Shown here in pieces: positions 51,543 to 64,000 of a stretch of 64,000 bases of DNA (positions within the stretch are counted from its first letter, which is position 1; every line of letters begins with the position of its first letter). A program made the translations under genes and the position numbers. The DNA is from Adineta vaga. Its lineage: Eukaryota > Animalia > Rotifera. The DNA lies in assembly GCA_021613535.1 (NCBI GenBank), contig CP075497.1, positions 2,976,001 through 3,040,000 of the forward strand, given 5' to 3'. The notes under the pieces are model-generated. The model worked only from the letters and a program-made list of their open reading frames with translations. It was not told the origin of the DNA and did not search any database.

Positions 51543-54116
51543 GAATGAATAAGTAAGAAATTAAATGCACAACAAGAACGTTCTTATAGCTGATCTGAAA
51601 TCATAAAACAAGGAAATTAATTTAAATAATTTTTTCTTTCATTGATTTAATTAATATTGAATTTTTTTTACTCCTATCATTAAAATGATAGTAAGTTCGA
51701 GGACAATATGTAAAGCCATCATTTTGTAGTTTTCTTTATTTCATTCAATGTCGATATATGTATCTATATACATTGCCCGAACATATATATATATATATAG
51801 ATAGATATATTTACTTTTCATAGCTCACAACTACCATTATCGTATGAATAAGTACCTAAAAGCGGTAGAAAAAATCCAAAGACGTACATTTATGACAATC
51901 AACTCACCTTCATACACTCGGTCACACGCGCGTACACATAAACACATGGATAGATATACGTAGGCCGTTTGTGACGGATGAAAGACAGTCTTGCTACTCT
52001 CACTCTTAATAAATAACGGCGACATCGCTGTCGACAATCAATCCTCAACAATATCGAACATATATATGTATGAATATGTATATGTATAACTGTACGTATG
52101 TGTGTTCGTGTGTCTGGACCACACCGAAGAAGGAGAAATAAGTATGAGAAGTAAAAAAGGGTGACAAGCACAGCCTCTCTCTTGCATTTCATCTCAAGCG
52201 TATCGATTGACATGCAGCAAATATACGAGAGGGAAGGAAAGAGAGAGAGAGAGCGAGAGAAAAAGACAAGAAATGTGAAAGAGAAGATAGAGAAACGATA
52301 TGTTCAGATTAATGATTTCATCAAGACGTTGTGAATCATAGAAAATGAAATGATTAAAAAATCTTTTAAATGTTTCTATCTGTGAAATAAAAACTACATT
52401 TTACCGTACTATTATATCGTAATGATCAACATCATGATGTGAAAAGAGAACTATTTCACACTTATTATACTAACGAAATTTCATTTACTGACAAAATAAA
52501 AATATACAAACAGGTGTATAAATAGTCGATGTTGTTGTTATTTTTAACTATCGTTCCTCCTATTACACCGTATCACTATTATCATGTTAGAATAATAAAA
52601 AAACAAAAAATACAAATTTATACATATTCAATTAAAACTGACAGAATCTTTCAAGAAAATCAATATCATTACAAAATCATGACTCGAGGTGGATACACTC
52701 GATTAAATAGAAATGAGTGACAAATATACATCAATCATACAGGAATATTATTTGTAAAAAAAACGGATATTTACTTATCACACTTGTCATCAAAAATAGG
52801 TGACGTTTTTTTTTCTCACAAAAAAAATCAATAGATATATTTAGAAATAGATTTTCACATGTATTAATTATCCTACCTGGAAATTGAAACTGATCGTCAT
52901 ATTAAGTTTTGATATCTTTCACATACGAATACATTTTCAGTAAGTTAAAACCATAAATTTCTTGATGAAAAAAAAAGAAGCGAAATAATGATGACAACTT
53001 AACGATCATAAATGAATCGTTTAAAATGTGTTTCTATGCATCTATAAAACTATTTCAAAGTGGTGATGGCGGACACTATACTCATTATTATGATATGTAC
53101 ATTCATATATATATCGCTCAACTTGATGTTCGTTAGATGCATTGGCTAAATCATAAGAATTTCTTTTTTCTTTTTTCTTTACTTGTCGTTGTAGATGAGT
53201 GAAGTGCAATGAAGCATGACCAACCCTCAGCCTTGCCTATGTACTTCTCTTTTTCTCTCGGAGGATTTTATCAACGAAAAAGAATGTAGGGTTAAAAAAG
53301 AAGATGCATGTGTAAGAAATCAACTAACGAGAATGCGGTAACATTCAATTTACATAAACAATACCACACAAGATCATAATATGATGCAACGATTTGAAAT
53401 TGAAATCATCTATATATGAAAATAAAATTCAATGATCATATCATGTTTGATTAGTCCTAGATAGATCTATGATCATCTAACGAAACAAAAACATAAGATA
53501 TTAATAATAATCAAAATAGATAACAGTTTCTTTTGTTTTGATAATTGATGAATATGAAAAGGGAGTGAATGAATACCTTGTTTTTCTTCATAATACTATT
53601 TAGATATTAACGATTATGTTTCTAATCAGATACAAGCAAATTAAATTCAAATCAATAGTGTTGTTTTTCTAATTAGAAAAGTGAGAGAGAGAGAGAAAAA
53701 CAAATTTACATCGTTTCTGAATGAAGTAGAAAAATCTTTTCTCATAAGTAAGAAAAAAAGGCAACGATCGTTATGACTCAGGTTATCATTGATTAAAATC
53801 TACCTTTGCAAGTATATGTATCCCGTCATCTCACATCGTCTCAAATTTCAATTGACAAGTCATGTTTCATTATCGATACGTAAAAAAAACATCAAGATAA
53901 TTATCAGTATCAACCATACATTCATGTATTTTCTTATTTAAAATCATTTCAATTTCAATAAGGTCTTTCTAAAAATAGGTTTTCTAACGGATTTTAATCA
54001 ATTTTTGCTAAGTAAATATAAAAAAAACAGACACACTCGGTAACGGTTAACAACATAGATAAGAAGAAAAGTAACGTAAATTACAAGTTAATTATTTAAA
54101 ATGAAAAAAAAATCAA

Positions 54117-57100
54117 TCATATTAATCGCAGACGACTTTCATCAATCGCATCCTGTACAACAGGATGATCAAAATAATCTATAGGTGGTTCAATATAAAC
54201 ATCTTGTTCTTCATTATCATCATATTCGTCTGGTGCAATAAAATGTTGTTCTCTATTGATAATTGATTCCATTTGAAATGTAACACTATCTTTTGGAATT
54301 GTTGATGATGATGATGATATTGCTGCTGATGTTGGAACAACTAATTCGATATCTAAATCTTTTAAAACTTCAGCTACTTCTTGACTTGTCATTCCAGCAA
54401 TATCAGAGCCCGGTTTTAATTTATATTTGCGATGTTTTTCGAATAATTTTGTACTTGCTAAGATTTCAATAAATGTTCCCCAACGATGTAAAATCATCGT
54501 AAAAAATTGTACAATCATACATGTAGCAAAAAATAACATAAATAATAAACCTAAAACTTGAACTTTTGCTTCATGTGAACCAAATAAACGGCCAACATCA
54601 ATCATAATTTCAGTAAATTGTGTGGCAACATATTCACATTGAAATTGTAAGATAATCCAAATAGCATTGAGCATAAAAAATGCAAAACCAGCATTATTTC
54701 GTAGACCGATGAGATCACATTGAATACGACGTTCTTCTTCAGCATCTTTATCAAGTGGTAGAAGATATTTCGAAAGAACCTGTTGCCAAAATGTGATTTC
54801 ATCGGTATGAAGATAACCAATAATAGATTCTGAACCAAGCCATGGTAATTCTGACCAAAACGGATTGATCATATTATTTCGCGATTTATTTAATAAAGAT
54901 GTTGATGCCGTTGTATTTGTTGTGTTATGTGATGAATCAATATCACTTGTAACGATGATTGGAATATTACTTGAAGATTCTTTAGAATTCTGAGGTACAA
55001 TGTTGCCTAAAAATAGATTAATAGGATGAAGTAGTGAAATTTACGTGTGAATATTTACTATTCTTTTTTTGTGAATCATCTCGATCAAGTTGGGTAATAA
55101 TTTGTTGTAAAAGTGTTTCTTGTCGTTTCATTGTTGGTCGAAAAACGTGTTCGATAACATCACCAGCTTGATGAAGAATACCACGCTGTTGTTGTCCATC
55201 ACCCCAGAACATATTATTGATAACATCAGTTGCGCGACGTTTTTTCGATCCTATATTGATTAAATCAATCACTTCGTTCTAAAGAAACTATTTCATTTAC
55301 CTAATTCGACTATTTCTTTACCATCGCTTTTACTATTCTTTGATTTTTTCTTTTTAACCACTTCGACTGTTTCTCTTGTTCCCCATGAAACGACATGTAA
55401 ATTACATAGAGCATATGTCACCAAAAGAAGATAACCACCAGGAATTGTAATCAAATAAAGAAAACCATGAATTAAATTAAACATTTCATTCGGATGAAGA
55501 ATACCAGTAACAATAAAAATCAATGCAACACTGGGAAGAAATACTGCACTTGGATCAAGAAAACCTGATTTAACAATTTGAGCTGTCGTTGCAACTAAGA
55601 CCATTGACATAACCAGAGCATAGATTGCTAAAATATAATGGAATCATTATAAGAAATATGAATGCTCAAAGCAAATTCACCTGTCATGATAGCTCCAATA
55701 ACAATTTGTGTATGTGCTTTTGTTTTCAAGCAAACAATAATATAAAAAAATGATGGAAGAATAGATATCATATATGATTCAGCAATTGTTAATGTTGAAA
55801 AAACTGTTCGTAATGCTGAAGCAATGGTTAATAGAATTGTTCCTGGTCCTAGAATTGTCGAGACAAATAGAACTGCTTGATAGAACATATATAGTTTGGA
55901 AATATTTTCATTAACGTAAGTTGTATGCTTTGTATCTTTCAATAAGTCCATAATATTTGCCATAGTCGAAGGCATCCATCGTCGACGTTGATTAAAAAAT
56001 TCTTTAAATGTTTCCGGTGCATGTGTATAAGCATCTGATGCTGCACAATACTCGACTCGATAGCCTTGTTGAAGAAGAAGAGTAGTTAACCAACGATCTT
56101 CGCCTAGCGAAACGAAAAACCGAATAATTAAATCAAATAAATTATTAATTAATTATTTAACCTTGATCATATTGCACGTAGTGTGCTGCTTCAGTTGATT
56201 TATCTGCATAACGTCGCATAACATTATCGTCCATCAATGACGAACCGCGAAAAAGAGAAAAACAACCAGGACAACATAGAACACTACCGAGTTTATGTTC
56301 AGCTGCTTTTTGAAGCCAATGACCAACTGCATATTCAAATTGTTGATACCAAACAATTGGTCCTAGAAAAAATAAAACTTTCAAGAAACAAAAACAGAAC
56401 TTTCCTTTCGTTCTTTACCATCGCCTGTAGGATGAATTCGACCACAAGCAGCTGCTACTTTGGGATTTTTACGCATTCGATCAACTAATAACAGAACTGC
56501 TTCAGGTTTAAAATCAACATCACCATCCAATGCTAATACGAATGTATTTTGAGCCTAGAAAAATTCTATTCGTCAAAAATTCTAATTAATCATACAACAA
56601 TGAAGTTTCTTACAGAAATCTTTTTATCCTGCGGTAAACTTTTCAAAAATTCACTAAATCCAATAAATTCTGTATCGAGATTTGTTACAGGTTGTGAAAG
56701 ATTATGTGCACCATTTTTTCGACGTAATAATTTAAATGACAATAAATAATACATATACATCACCTGAAAAATCAATGATTAACAAATGCAATCTTTTCTT
56801 AAAATGAAAAAACAACTAACTTGACTCCAACGTTTCTTATGTCGAATTAAATATTTATCTTTCATATGAACAATTAAACGATTCTTTCCTGGTAATAACC
56901 AGACAAGTCGTCCTCCATATGGTGTTGGAATTTTAATTGGATCTTCAACAACTTTATCAACACCATGAACATAACTAAATAACATTTTCTTCGATCAAAT
57001 GAAACAACTGAATAAGATCTACATACGCTCCAGCTACATTCACAGCAGCAACCAATTGTTTAACATAACGATTTGGTACACGATTTCCATTTTCATCATC

Positions 57101-59314
57101 TTCGAATGCATCATCAAATAATACATGTGTTTCAAATCGATAATAATCGGGATCGAGTATACGTAAATTTCTTTGTACAGTTCGACGAGCATGTTGATCA
57201 GAATCAAGTCTAATTATTAATAAACATAAGTCTAATGAAGAGATTTTAAATCAATTTATCTATTTACCGAAAAATTGATTTTAATAATTGAACCATTTCA
57301 TTTGTAGTTTCATGCCACATTGTTGCACATACATAGATCATTGGAACAGGAAATTTTCTTTTTAAAGTTAAATCAGGTTCAATTTGATCTTGAAAAAAAT
57401 CGAAGAAATTAAAAGGAAAATAAATCATCACATGTTTATTTCTTTACCTTTCATTTCCAAGGCATCTTTTTGTTGTTTATTAAGTAATAAATTCTGTTCA
57501 ACAATAGCCGATTCATAATATGGAAGGACAAAGAGTCTACATGTACATAAAATGTATAGAGAAGTATAGAAATCAATGAAATTCATACTTATGAATCATT
57601 GCTAAACGTTCCGATGTTGGAAACCAAACATGACTTGTGATTTTCATTCTTGATAACCAAAGAATTAAAAATCCAATCAAAGATATAATCATTAATTTTG
57701 AACCAAGTGCTAAAAAACAGAAAATTTCGAATTTTTTGTATATTTTTCTTTCGTTTTACCTTGTGGTTTATCTAAATAAAAGAATTGTCCAAGAACAATA
57801 ACATCCTTTTTATTTGTAAATCCTTGAGTAAAAAATAAAATGACATATGCAATCAATGTCGACATTGTTAATGGTAATGAAAAACCAAAAGATTGCATTA
57901 ATACCTAATAAAAATCAATTCAACAGTTGTTTCTATCGAATCATGACCAACTTACTTTGCAAGCAACACGTCCTGTATAATAACAAATACATGATGATAG
58001 AATTTGTAGAATAAATGGAACATATATTTGTTTTGTAATTCGAAAAAGATCTTCATGATCCTCAAAAAAAGGTACGGCACGACTATATTTTTCACCGATT
58101 GGTACTTGGTCAAATATATGAAAATACAATTTCTTGTCGACTGTTTTCGGTAAGAATAGAATAGCCGTAATGATTAAGACACTGATTTTTAATAAACTTG
58201 CAGTAATATATACTTTTGGACGTGTTTTTCGTAATAATCGAACGGCATGTTGAAACCATTTGAAGAAATGTTTATTCGGTAAACGTGTTTCAACAAAACT
58301 TTCCCAATAACCAAGTGAAATCAGGAAAAGTGCTAATGGTAATTGCCATTGAAGTGCACTGGATAGTTTTTCAGTTGTTTTAAGTATAGATGGAATGAAG
58401 CAAACAGATAATTGCATCAGAACTGAACCAATATCACTTATAAACACTAACAATTTCAAACTTGTATTATGATGACGACGGACGGTAAAAAGATTTAATA
58501 TTGCTGGAACGATACATACACCATTCAATACGAATAGACCTGTAACATTATCAATCGAAGGTAAAATACGAAAGACAAGCATTGAAAGACCAATGGTATG
58601 ACATGCTTCAGCAATATGAACCTAAGAATCGTTCATTCGAGAAAACTCATCAATAGAAATTAGAAAGTACATACCCAGATTGTTAAGAGAAATGGTGGAG
58701 AATGTTTAATACGAAAAGTAGATAAGACAAGACTTTGTACAAATGTGAAGATATAAGGTACAATCATTGCAATAAGTAATAATACTTGCCATCTAATCAT
58801 ATATATTTTAGGCTAGAATGAAAATATCAATGTTAGAGATGAATTTATTGTAGAAAAAATGCAACTAACTTGTTCAAGAGTTTTATATGCGTTAATCATT
58901 GTAAAAAGACTGAGTTTACTAACGACAGCTGATATAAGAACAACAAGAAAGAAAATGAGATAAACACATAGTTTAACAATACGCCGAAATGTGAGACGAC
59001 GTTCCTTATTTATAATTTGTTCTTCTTCAAAAATTCGACTAGTTACATGAGCAACATCCCACCAATAACCTTGACTCGAATTACTTTTAGTATCATTTTT
59101 TCTGAAAGATTAAAATTCATGAATAAAAAAATAAATAAACAATTTAATCAAAAGAAATCATTTACTTAGGTTTCATTGAGTCATCTAATGTGTGTGATGT
59201 AGACTGGGGAGGATGTGTTCTAATTATCGATGATGCTGCTAATGATGATGATGATGGTGGGTGTGACGTTAGAGAAGAAGGAAATGGTGGTAGAGGTACC
59301 TGTGAACGTTTCAT
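54117..59314 (-). CDS. chs: Chitin synthase (metazoan type, GT2), many exons
   Basis: CATMWHET, LALDGDVDF, QQFEYAVGHWLQKAAEH, CCPGCFSLFR, QYDQGEDRW, QRRRW (about 55976-55990) and SWGTRE. N-terminal TM block. Start MKRSQVP at 59314 splices in frame. Confidence 0.95.
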
Positions 59315-59953
59315 TCTTTCGTCAAATGTGACGATCGTTTCAAATGATTCGTATAGATGATATATCGGTTCATTTATGTATATATATATATATATCTTCT
59401 TTTAACACAAGTCAAACGGACGAGAGAAAAGAATAACAAACTAATGAGCAGTATTATAAAAGCTATTGTTTTCATCGACGGAATGATAACCATAACGTGT
59501 ACTTACTAGACATTTTTGTCTAAAAATCGTACCATAAATTTCTATTGATTTTACAAAGCTGCTAATAATTTTCGCTTTTCTTTTTATATATTTAAAAATA
59601 ATAATAACAGAAATGTATGAAACAATGATTCAACTGAGTTTTGTTTGAAAATACGTTTTTCTGTCTATTTTATGAAAATATCAGATCAGATCAACAACGT
59701 CATGTTTTATGTACAAACAACAGTCAATAAATGTGACAGAAAAAAAACGGAGAATAGTGGGTGATTACAAACAGGGTTGATATATACAATAAACGGAGTT
59801 GTGAAAAGGAAGAAGAAAAACTTTAAAAAATGAGCAATGAAATACTAATGTCTTATTTTCAACATGAAAAGATAAATATAATAATTCATCATCTGACACG
59901 TATACGTTCCAAATTGAAACTTAAGATAATAAATAATCATTTCTTTTTGTAAT

Positions 59954-60949
59954 TTATATCGATTGCATCGGACCAATAGACGATGTTGGTGGTGGTGGTG
60001 AAACTTTCTTTGACGGCGGTGAAGGTTTAGATTTAGATTTAGAAACTGGTTTAGTCGTCGATATTGGAGTAACTGTTTCCTGATCTCGTGGTGCATCAAA
60101 TGTTCTTTTTAACAGCGCATAAACTGGATAGGTAAATGCATTAGTTGGAATAGCACGAAGTGTACACGGTAAAAATCCTCGAGTAAATACTTGCCATCCT
60201 TCTGTACGAAATGATTTCACTGCACAATCCCAAACACTTTTGTAAACATGTTCTCTTGATGCTTGATAACGGCTTTTAATCACATCAAATGGATACGATA
60301 CTGACCATGCAGCAATTCCAGTAAAACCACCACCTAATAAACTCATATACATCGGCATATCGGCTTCTTTTCCTGTTGGAGAAAAATTTACAACAAAAAG
60401 TTGCCATGCTGGAAAATAAGCAGCAAATGATGGAATATCACGTGCAAGTGTCATTGATAAACCACGCATTGCACCTTGTCGAAAACCACGTCGATCATAA
60501 GATTTTCTTAAACAATCAATTGGACCATTATATAAATGAGTTGATAATGCAAATAATTTTCTTTGTTGTCCAATACCTTGCATTTGTAAACGTGTTTTAA
60601 CAAGTTCAATTGGTGAACATATGAATGCTTGAACAGCACCAGCAATAGCACCGGTTGTCGCTAAAGCTGTATATGTATCGGGATTTTCAAATAAACCTTT
60701 CGAAGCATTTTGAACAGAGAAGACAATACCATTGATAAGAGCAACGCCAAACATCGGCGATGACATGCCTTTATAAAATCCTAAGATTGATTCTTGTTTT
60801 GCAATTTTCATAAAACAATTCAATGAACCCGAATATAATCGATGATTCAGTGTTTGAGTTTGAAGACGGACTTTCACTGTGTCAAATGGATAGCCGGCAA
60901 TTGTCCCAGTAACACCGGCGACAAATCCAAATCCAAAATCCAATGCCAT
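59954..60949 (-). CDS. Mitochondrial carrier, SLC25A29/45/48-like (basic amino acid/carnitine carrier group), intronless
   Basis: Three carrier signatures: PFDTVKVRLQ, PIELVKTRLQ, PFDVIKSRYQ. Also GFYKGMSSP and RDIPSF. Likely ATG at 60949 (MALDF). Confidence 0.9.
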   Translation of the reverse strand: MALDFGFGFVAGVTGTIAGYPFDTVKVRLQTQTLNHRLYSGSLNCFMKIAKQESILGFYKGMSSPMFGVALINGIVFSVQNASKGLFENPDTYTALATTGAIAGAVQAFICSPIELVKTRLQMQGIGQQRKLFALSTHLYNGPIDCLRKSYDRRGFRQGAMRGLSMTLARDIPSFAAYFPAWQLFVVNFSPTGKEADMPMYMSLLGGGFTGIAAWSVSYPFDVIKSRYQASREHVYKSVWDCAVKSFRTEGWQVFTRGFLPCTLRAIPTNAFTYPVYALLKRTFDAPRDQETVTPISTTKPVSKSKSKPSPPSKKVSPPPPTSSIGPMQSI

Positions 60950-61181
60950 TATAAAATATAATACTAAAATGAAGAGAACATTACCTATTTGAAATTGAAA
61001 GTAAAAAAAAGGATGATGCAACGTCATGCACACGCATGGAAAATGAACAAACAAAAGGAAAAAAACGAGTAAAATGTGTAGGGAGACACACCTCCTTTGC
61101 GTTTCTCCTCTTATTGTTCTATGTATAGATCGACGCAAAAGGAGGCGATAACGAGAAAAAATCAATCTATGGGGGAAGCTG

Positions 61182-61253
61182 CACGTGGTCGACTATATAC
61201 ATATGAGTTGTTTATGTCGTACCACATTTTTCTTTTCGTATGACGTCATACGA
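61182..61253. promoter_or_regulatory. E-box (CACGTG 61182-61187) and CRE (TGACGTCA) within an 18-bp perfect palindrome (61236-61253) upstream of the SLC25 gene
   Basis: TCGTATGACGTCATACGA is self-complementary. Both sites lie 230-300 nt upstream of the ATG. Confidence 0.5.
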
Positions 61254-63166
61254 TTCGCTCTCATCGTATTTGATTTGCAGTCCGTAAAGAACAGATGAAT
61301 ATTACTGTCGTCATCTACGAAGAAAAAATACATATCAACACATCTGTACTTTTATCGTACTTTTCATTTCAACTTTATTGTTATGGAAGCTTTTTCTGGG
61401 TTACTAGTATACTTTAAAAACATACTTTGCGATCGAATAGATATGCTATTTTTACTTATTTTTTTTATACAGCAAAAGAGAAAATGTCCTGATTATCCAG
61501 ATATGAAATATGCAAAGTAAGGACAAAAAAGAAACATTCGAGAAAAAGAATCCGTTGATGTAAAATTTTAAACTCATTTCAATGATGCTGAAATAGATGG
61601 AAATATTGAAAACCGATGTGTAAAGAAAAGAAAGTATATAGAATATAGAATTCAAAGAATGTATTAAACGATGCGTTAATTCTAAGGAAAGTGAAAAAAC
61701 AATTACATACGTTTAAAGATATTCAATTGTAGTTCTGGTTTATGTTGGAAGTATTGTTATCATTATTTTTGTGAAGACAATATTATATACATGTATTGTA
61801 ATTAAATATTTTAATAAAACGTGACTATAGTGAACAGGTTATAAGATCATGATTCAATTAATTGCCTTAACTATCCGGAAGAATACAGTCAGTTCTTTTA
61901 GTGGACGATAAATAACGACGGAAAACATGATGAATGTAAAATATGTGAAGACAAAGACGTCAATATGACTAGTTTTTCTGTATTACGACGTAAAAATATA
62001 AAGACTATCAAGTGATCGAATTTGAAAATGATAATATGATCATTCATCATTTTGATTAAAATATTTAGTATTGTTTCTTTTGTACACTTTCAGTTGACAC
62101 AATCATGTGATAGTTACTACGCGAATACAGAACAATCTGGTATTAATGACACTATTTGATTGGTGTTTAATGACTCATGTTTTCAACCTCGTCATCATGA
62201 TCACTTGATCTCTTTTATCGATGAATATTCGAATTTGAAGTTTCTAGAGTAAAATAATAGAATCTGCAGACAATAAAGTTATATTCCGTAACTTTCTATC
62301 CGCATATGGTGCAAAATACTATGAGTTTTGGTGTGACATATACTATAATTACTCATCTATTCATTTTAGCACTACTATGTGACATTTTATACTGAAGATA
62401 GATATAATTGGTATTCTCGGTGTCTTATTTATTAACTATCATTGATAAAGAGAAATATAGATGTGGTTCTTCTTAGGATATTATCATCAACCTACATCTT
62501 AGTTCTTATTTCTTAATAAATCGATTGTTGATGAACGTTACTTGTGGAAAATGAATTGTTATAAATTAATCTGAATCGTTTTTTTTTCGAAGGAATTTTC
62601 AAATCATCTATTTAGGAAACGATTGTGAATTATTTCAACCTGAAAAAATCACTTATTTCAAGTCCGTTCATGAAGGACATCCATGAAATGAATATTTCAT
62701 CGCGACTGAAGTTCTTATAAGAAAATATTTGAGAAAGTACAAATTATATTCGAGTAAAAATAAGCTAAATGAATATTTGAATAAATATGTAAAATAAAGT
62801 ATGAAAGTACATTTATGTTGTTTTTCCATTAAAAACGCTTGAAAATTTCACTAATAAAAAGCTAAAAAAAGCAATATATGTTATTGCTGATTCATACACC
62901 GTTCATAATGATAATGGGGGTGTTAAGTAAGACTAATAAAAAGGCGTCCGTTCGGTCGTTCGTTCGTTATTTATTTCCAAGAAAGTCACAGAGTATTTTT
63001 TCACTCTCACTCTCTCTCTCTCTTATATTCTGTAATTCTCGATCATCAAACGGCAACAATTAGCAGGAATGAGAAAAAAAAAGTAGAGAAAAAAAACGAC
63101 GTTTTTAACACGGCAACACATATATCATTGATCGATGTTTGGTAAGAACTGAAAGCGTGTTTATAA

Positions 63167-63903
63167 ATGCCGATATCAGACTTGGATTTTACTTTTAAAG
63201 TAAGATTTTGTAGTTTCAAAAACTTTTCCACACTTCTTTCTAGTTTTTTCATCCACCACATCGTACTGTTCCTTTCCATAATGGTCTATTAGATACACGA
63301 ACTAAACATACGGTAGCTCAAGATCGTCTTGTTGTTGCTGAGCAACGTATACTCGATATTGAACGACGAAAATCAGCAAGTAATCTTCAAACACTTATAT
63401 TTGAACAAAAACAATTCGAAAAAAAACTTGCATCATTTCATTATCATGTTAATTCAATATCGATAGAACGACCAACTAAAATGCGTGATCGATCATCGAG
63501 TGAAATCGGCCTTCCCCCTATACGTCCATCAAGTCCTTTGAGCGGATCATTACCAAATCGTCTTTCAAAATTATCTGTAAGTTTAAATGATAGCAAACAA
63601 AATCTTTTAGTTCTTCCGAAATGTATTGATTCTCGCCGACGTTTCTCTGCTTATTCCGATGGTGATGCATCGGAAAATTCTTTCTTTACCACTGATATGG
63701 AGAGTGCGGAGGAAGAAGAAGATACAGAAACTGAACGAATTCGATCTGTAACGATGAATCCTAAAACTTTAGCAATAAGACGAGACAAACCTCTGAAGTT
63801 GGTTAAAAAACCAAACAAACTATTACTACCTATTGTTTCAATAATTCCACCGGAAGAAGATGTTTTATTTCTTACACAAAATGACTGTTCGGATTATCGA
63901 TAA
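63167..63903 (+). CDS. Uncharacterised 230-aa protein (N-terminal coiled segment, Ser/acidic disordered tail), 2 exons (63167-63199, 63244-63903)
   Basis: ATG..AAA/gtaag and tag/TTT join in phase 0. The frame is open from 63244 into ORF 63481..63903. Confidence 0.65.
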
Positions 63904-64000
63904 TATCATATTCTTACTCTACTTTTGTAAAATCTTAATAAAATCTCTTTCAATGAATAATAACAACCATGTCATTGATTATTCAAATGAGAAAATTTGT

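Noticed and set aside
60950-61165. 72-aa N-terminal extension of the SLC25 ORF
   Set aside because: Starts at a non-ATG codon and reads like T-rich UTR. Carrier homology begins at MALDF.
1-64000. Prokaryotic systems (CRISPR, operons, defence islands)
   Set aside because: The window is intron-containing eukaryotic DNA. No repeat-spacer array or operon structure was seen.

Overview
AT-rich (roughly 30% GC by eye), gene-dense eukaryotic DNA with many short (about 45-80 nt) GT-AG introns. The intron size, gene families and mix of metazoan and foreign-looking genes suggest a bdelloid rotifer; this is inference, not proven from the window. The left ~12 kb is an accessory-type zone. It holds an APH/kinase-like fragment, a 4-exon F-box gene, a decayed piggyBac fused to a small secreted-protein gene, orphan membrane proteins and an intronless FkbM-type methyltransferase. 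The rest holds conserved genes: FANCM, a SOUL haem-binding protein, D2HGDH, an LRR-FN3-TM receptor, a cyclophilin, NFIL3/vrille, an ankyrin-SOCS box protein, a monoamine-type SLC6 transporter, a Nudix-like/EF-hand/PPP phosphatase, chitin synthase and an SLC25 carrier. Most notable items not visible in the ORF track: (1) a clean 6-exon gene (13941-14969, minus) encoding a 244-aa hydrophilic coiled-coil protein with the architecture of tardigrade CAHS desiccation protectants; (2) 15 nuclear-receptor half-sites, including three ERE-type IR3 palindromes, upstream of NFIL3; (3) an articulin/alveolin-like VPV-repeat protein; (4) a piggyBac-host gene chimera; (5) a frameshift and an exon duplication in FANCM. 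Exon structures were assembled by hand from splice signals and frame continuity. No database searches were run.
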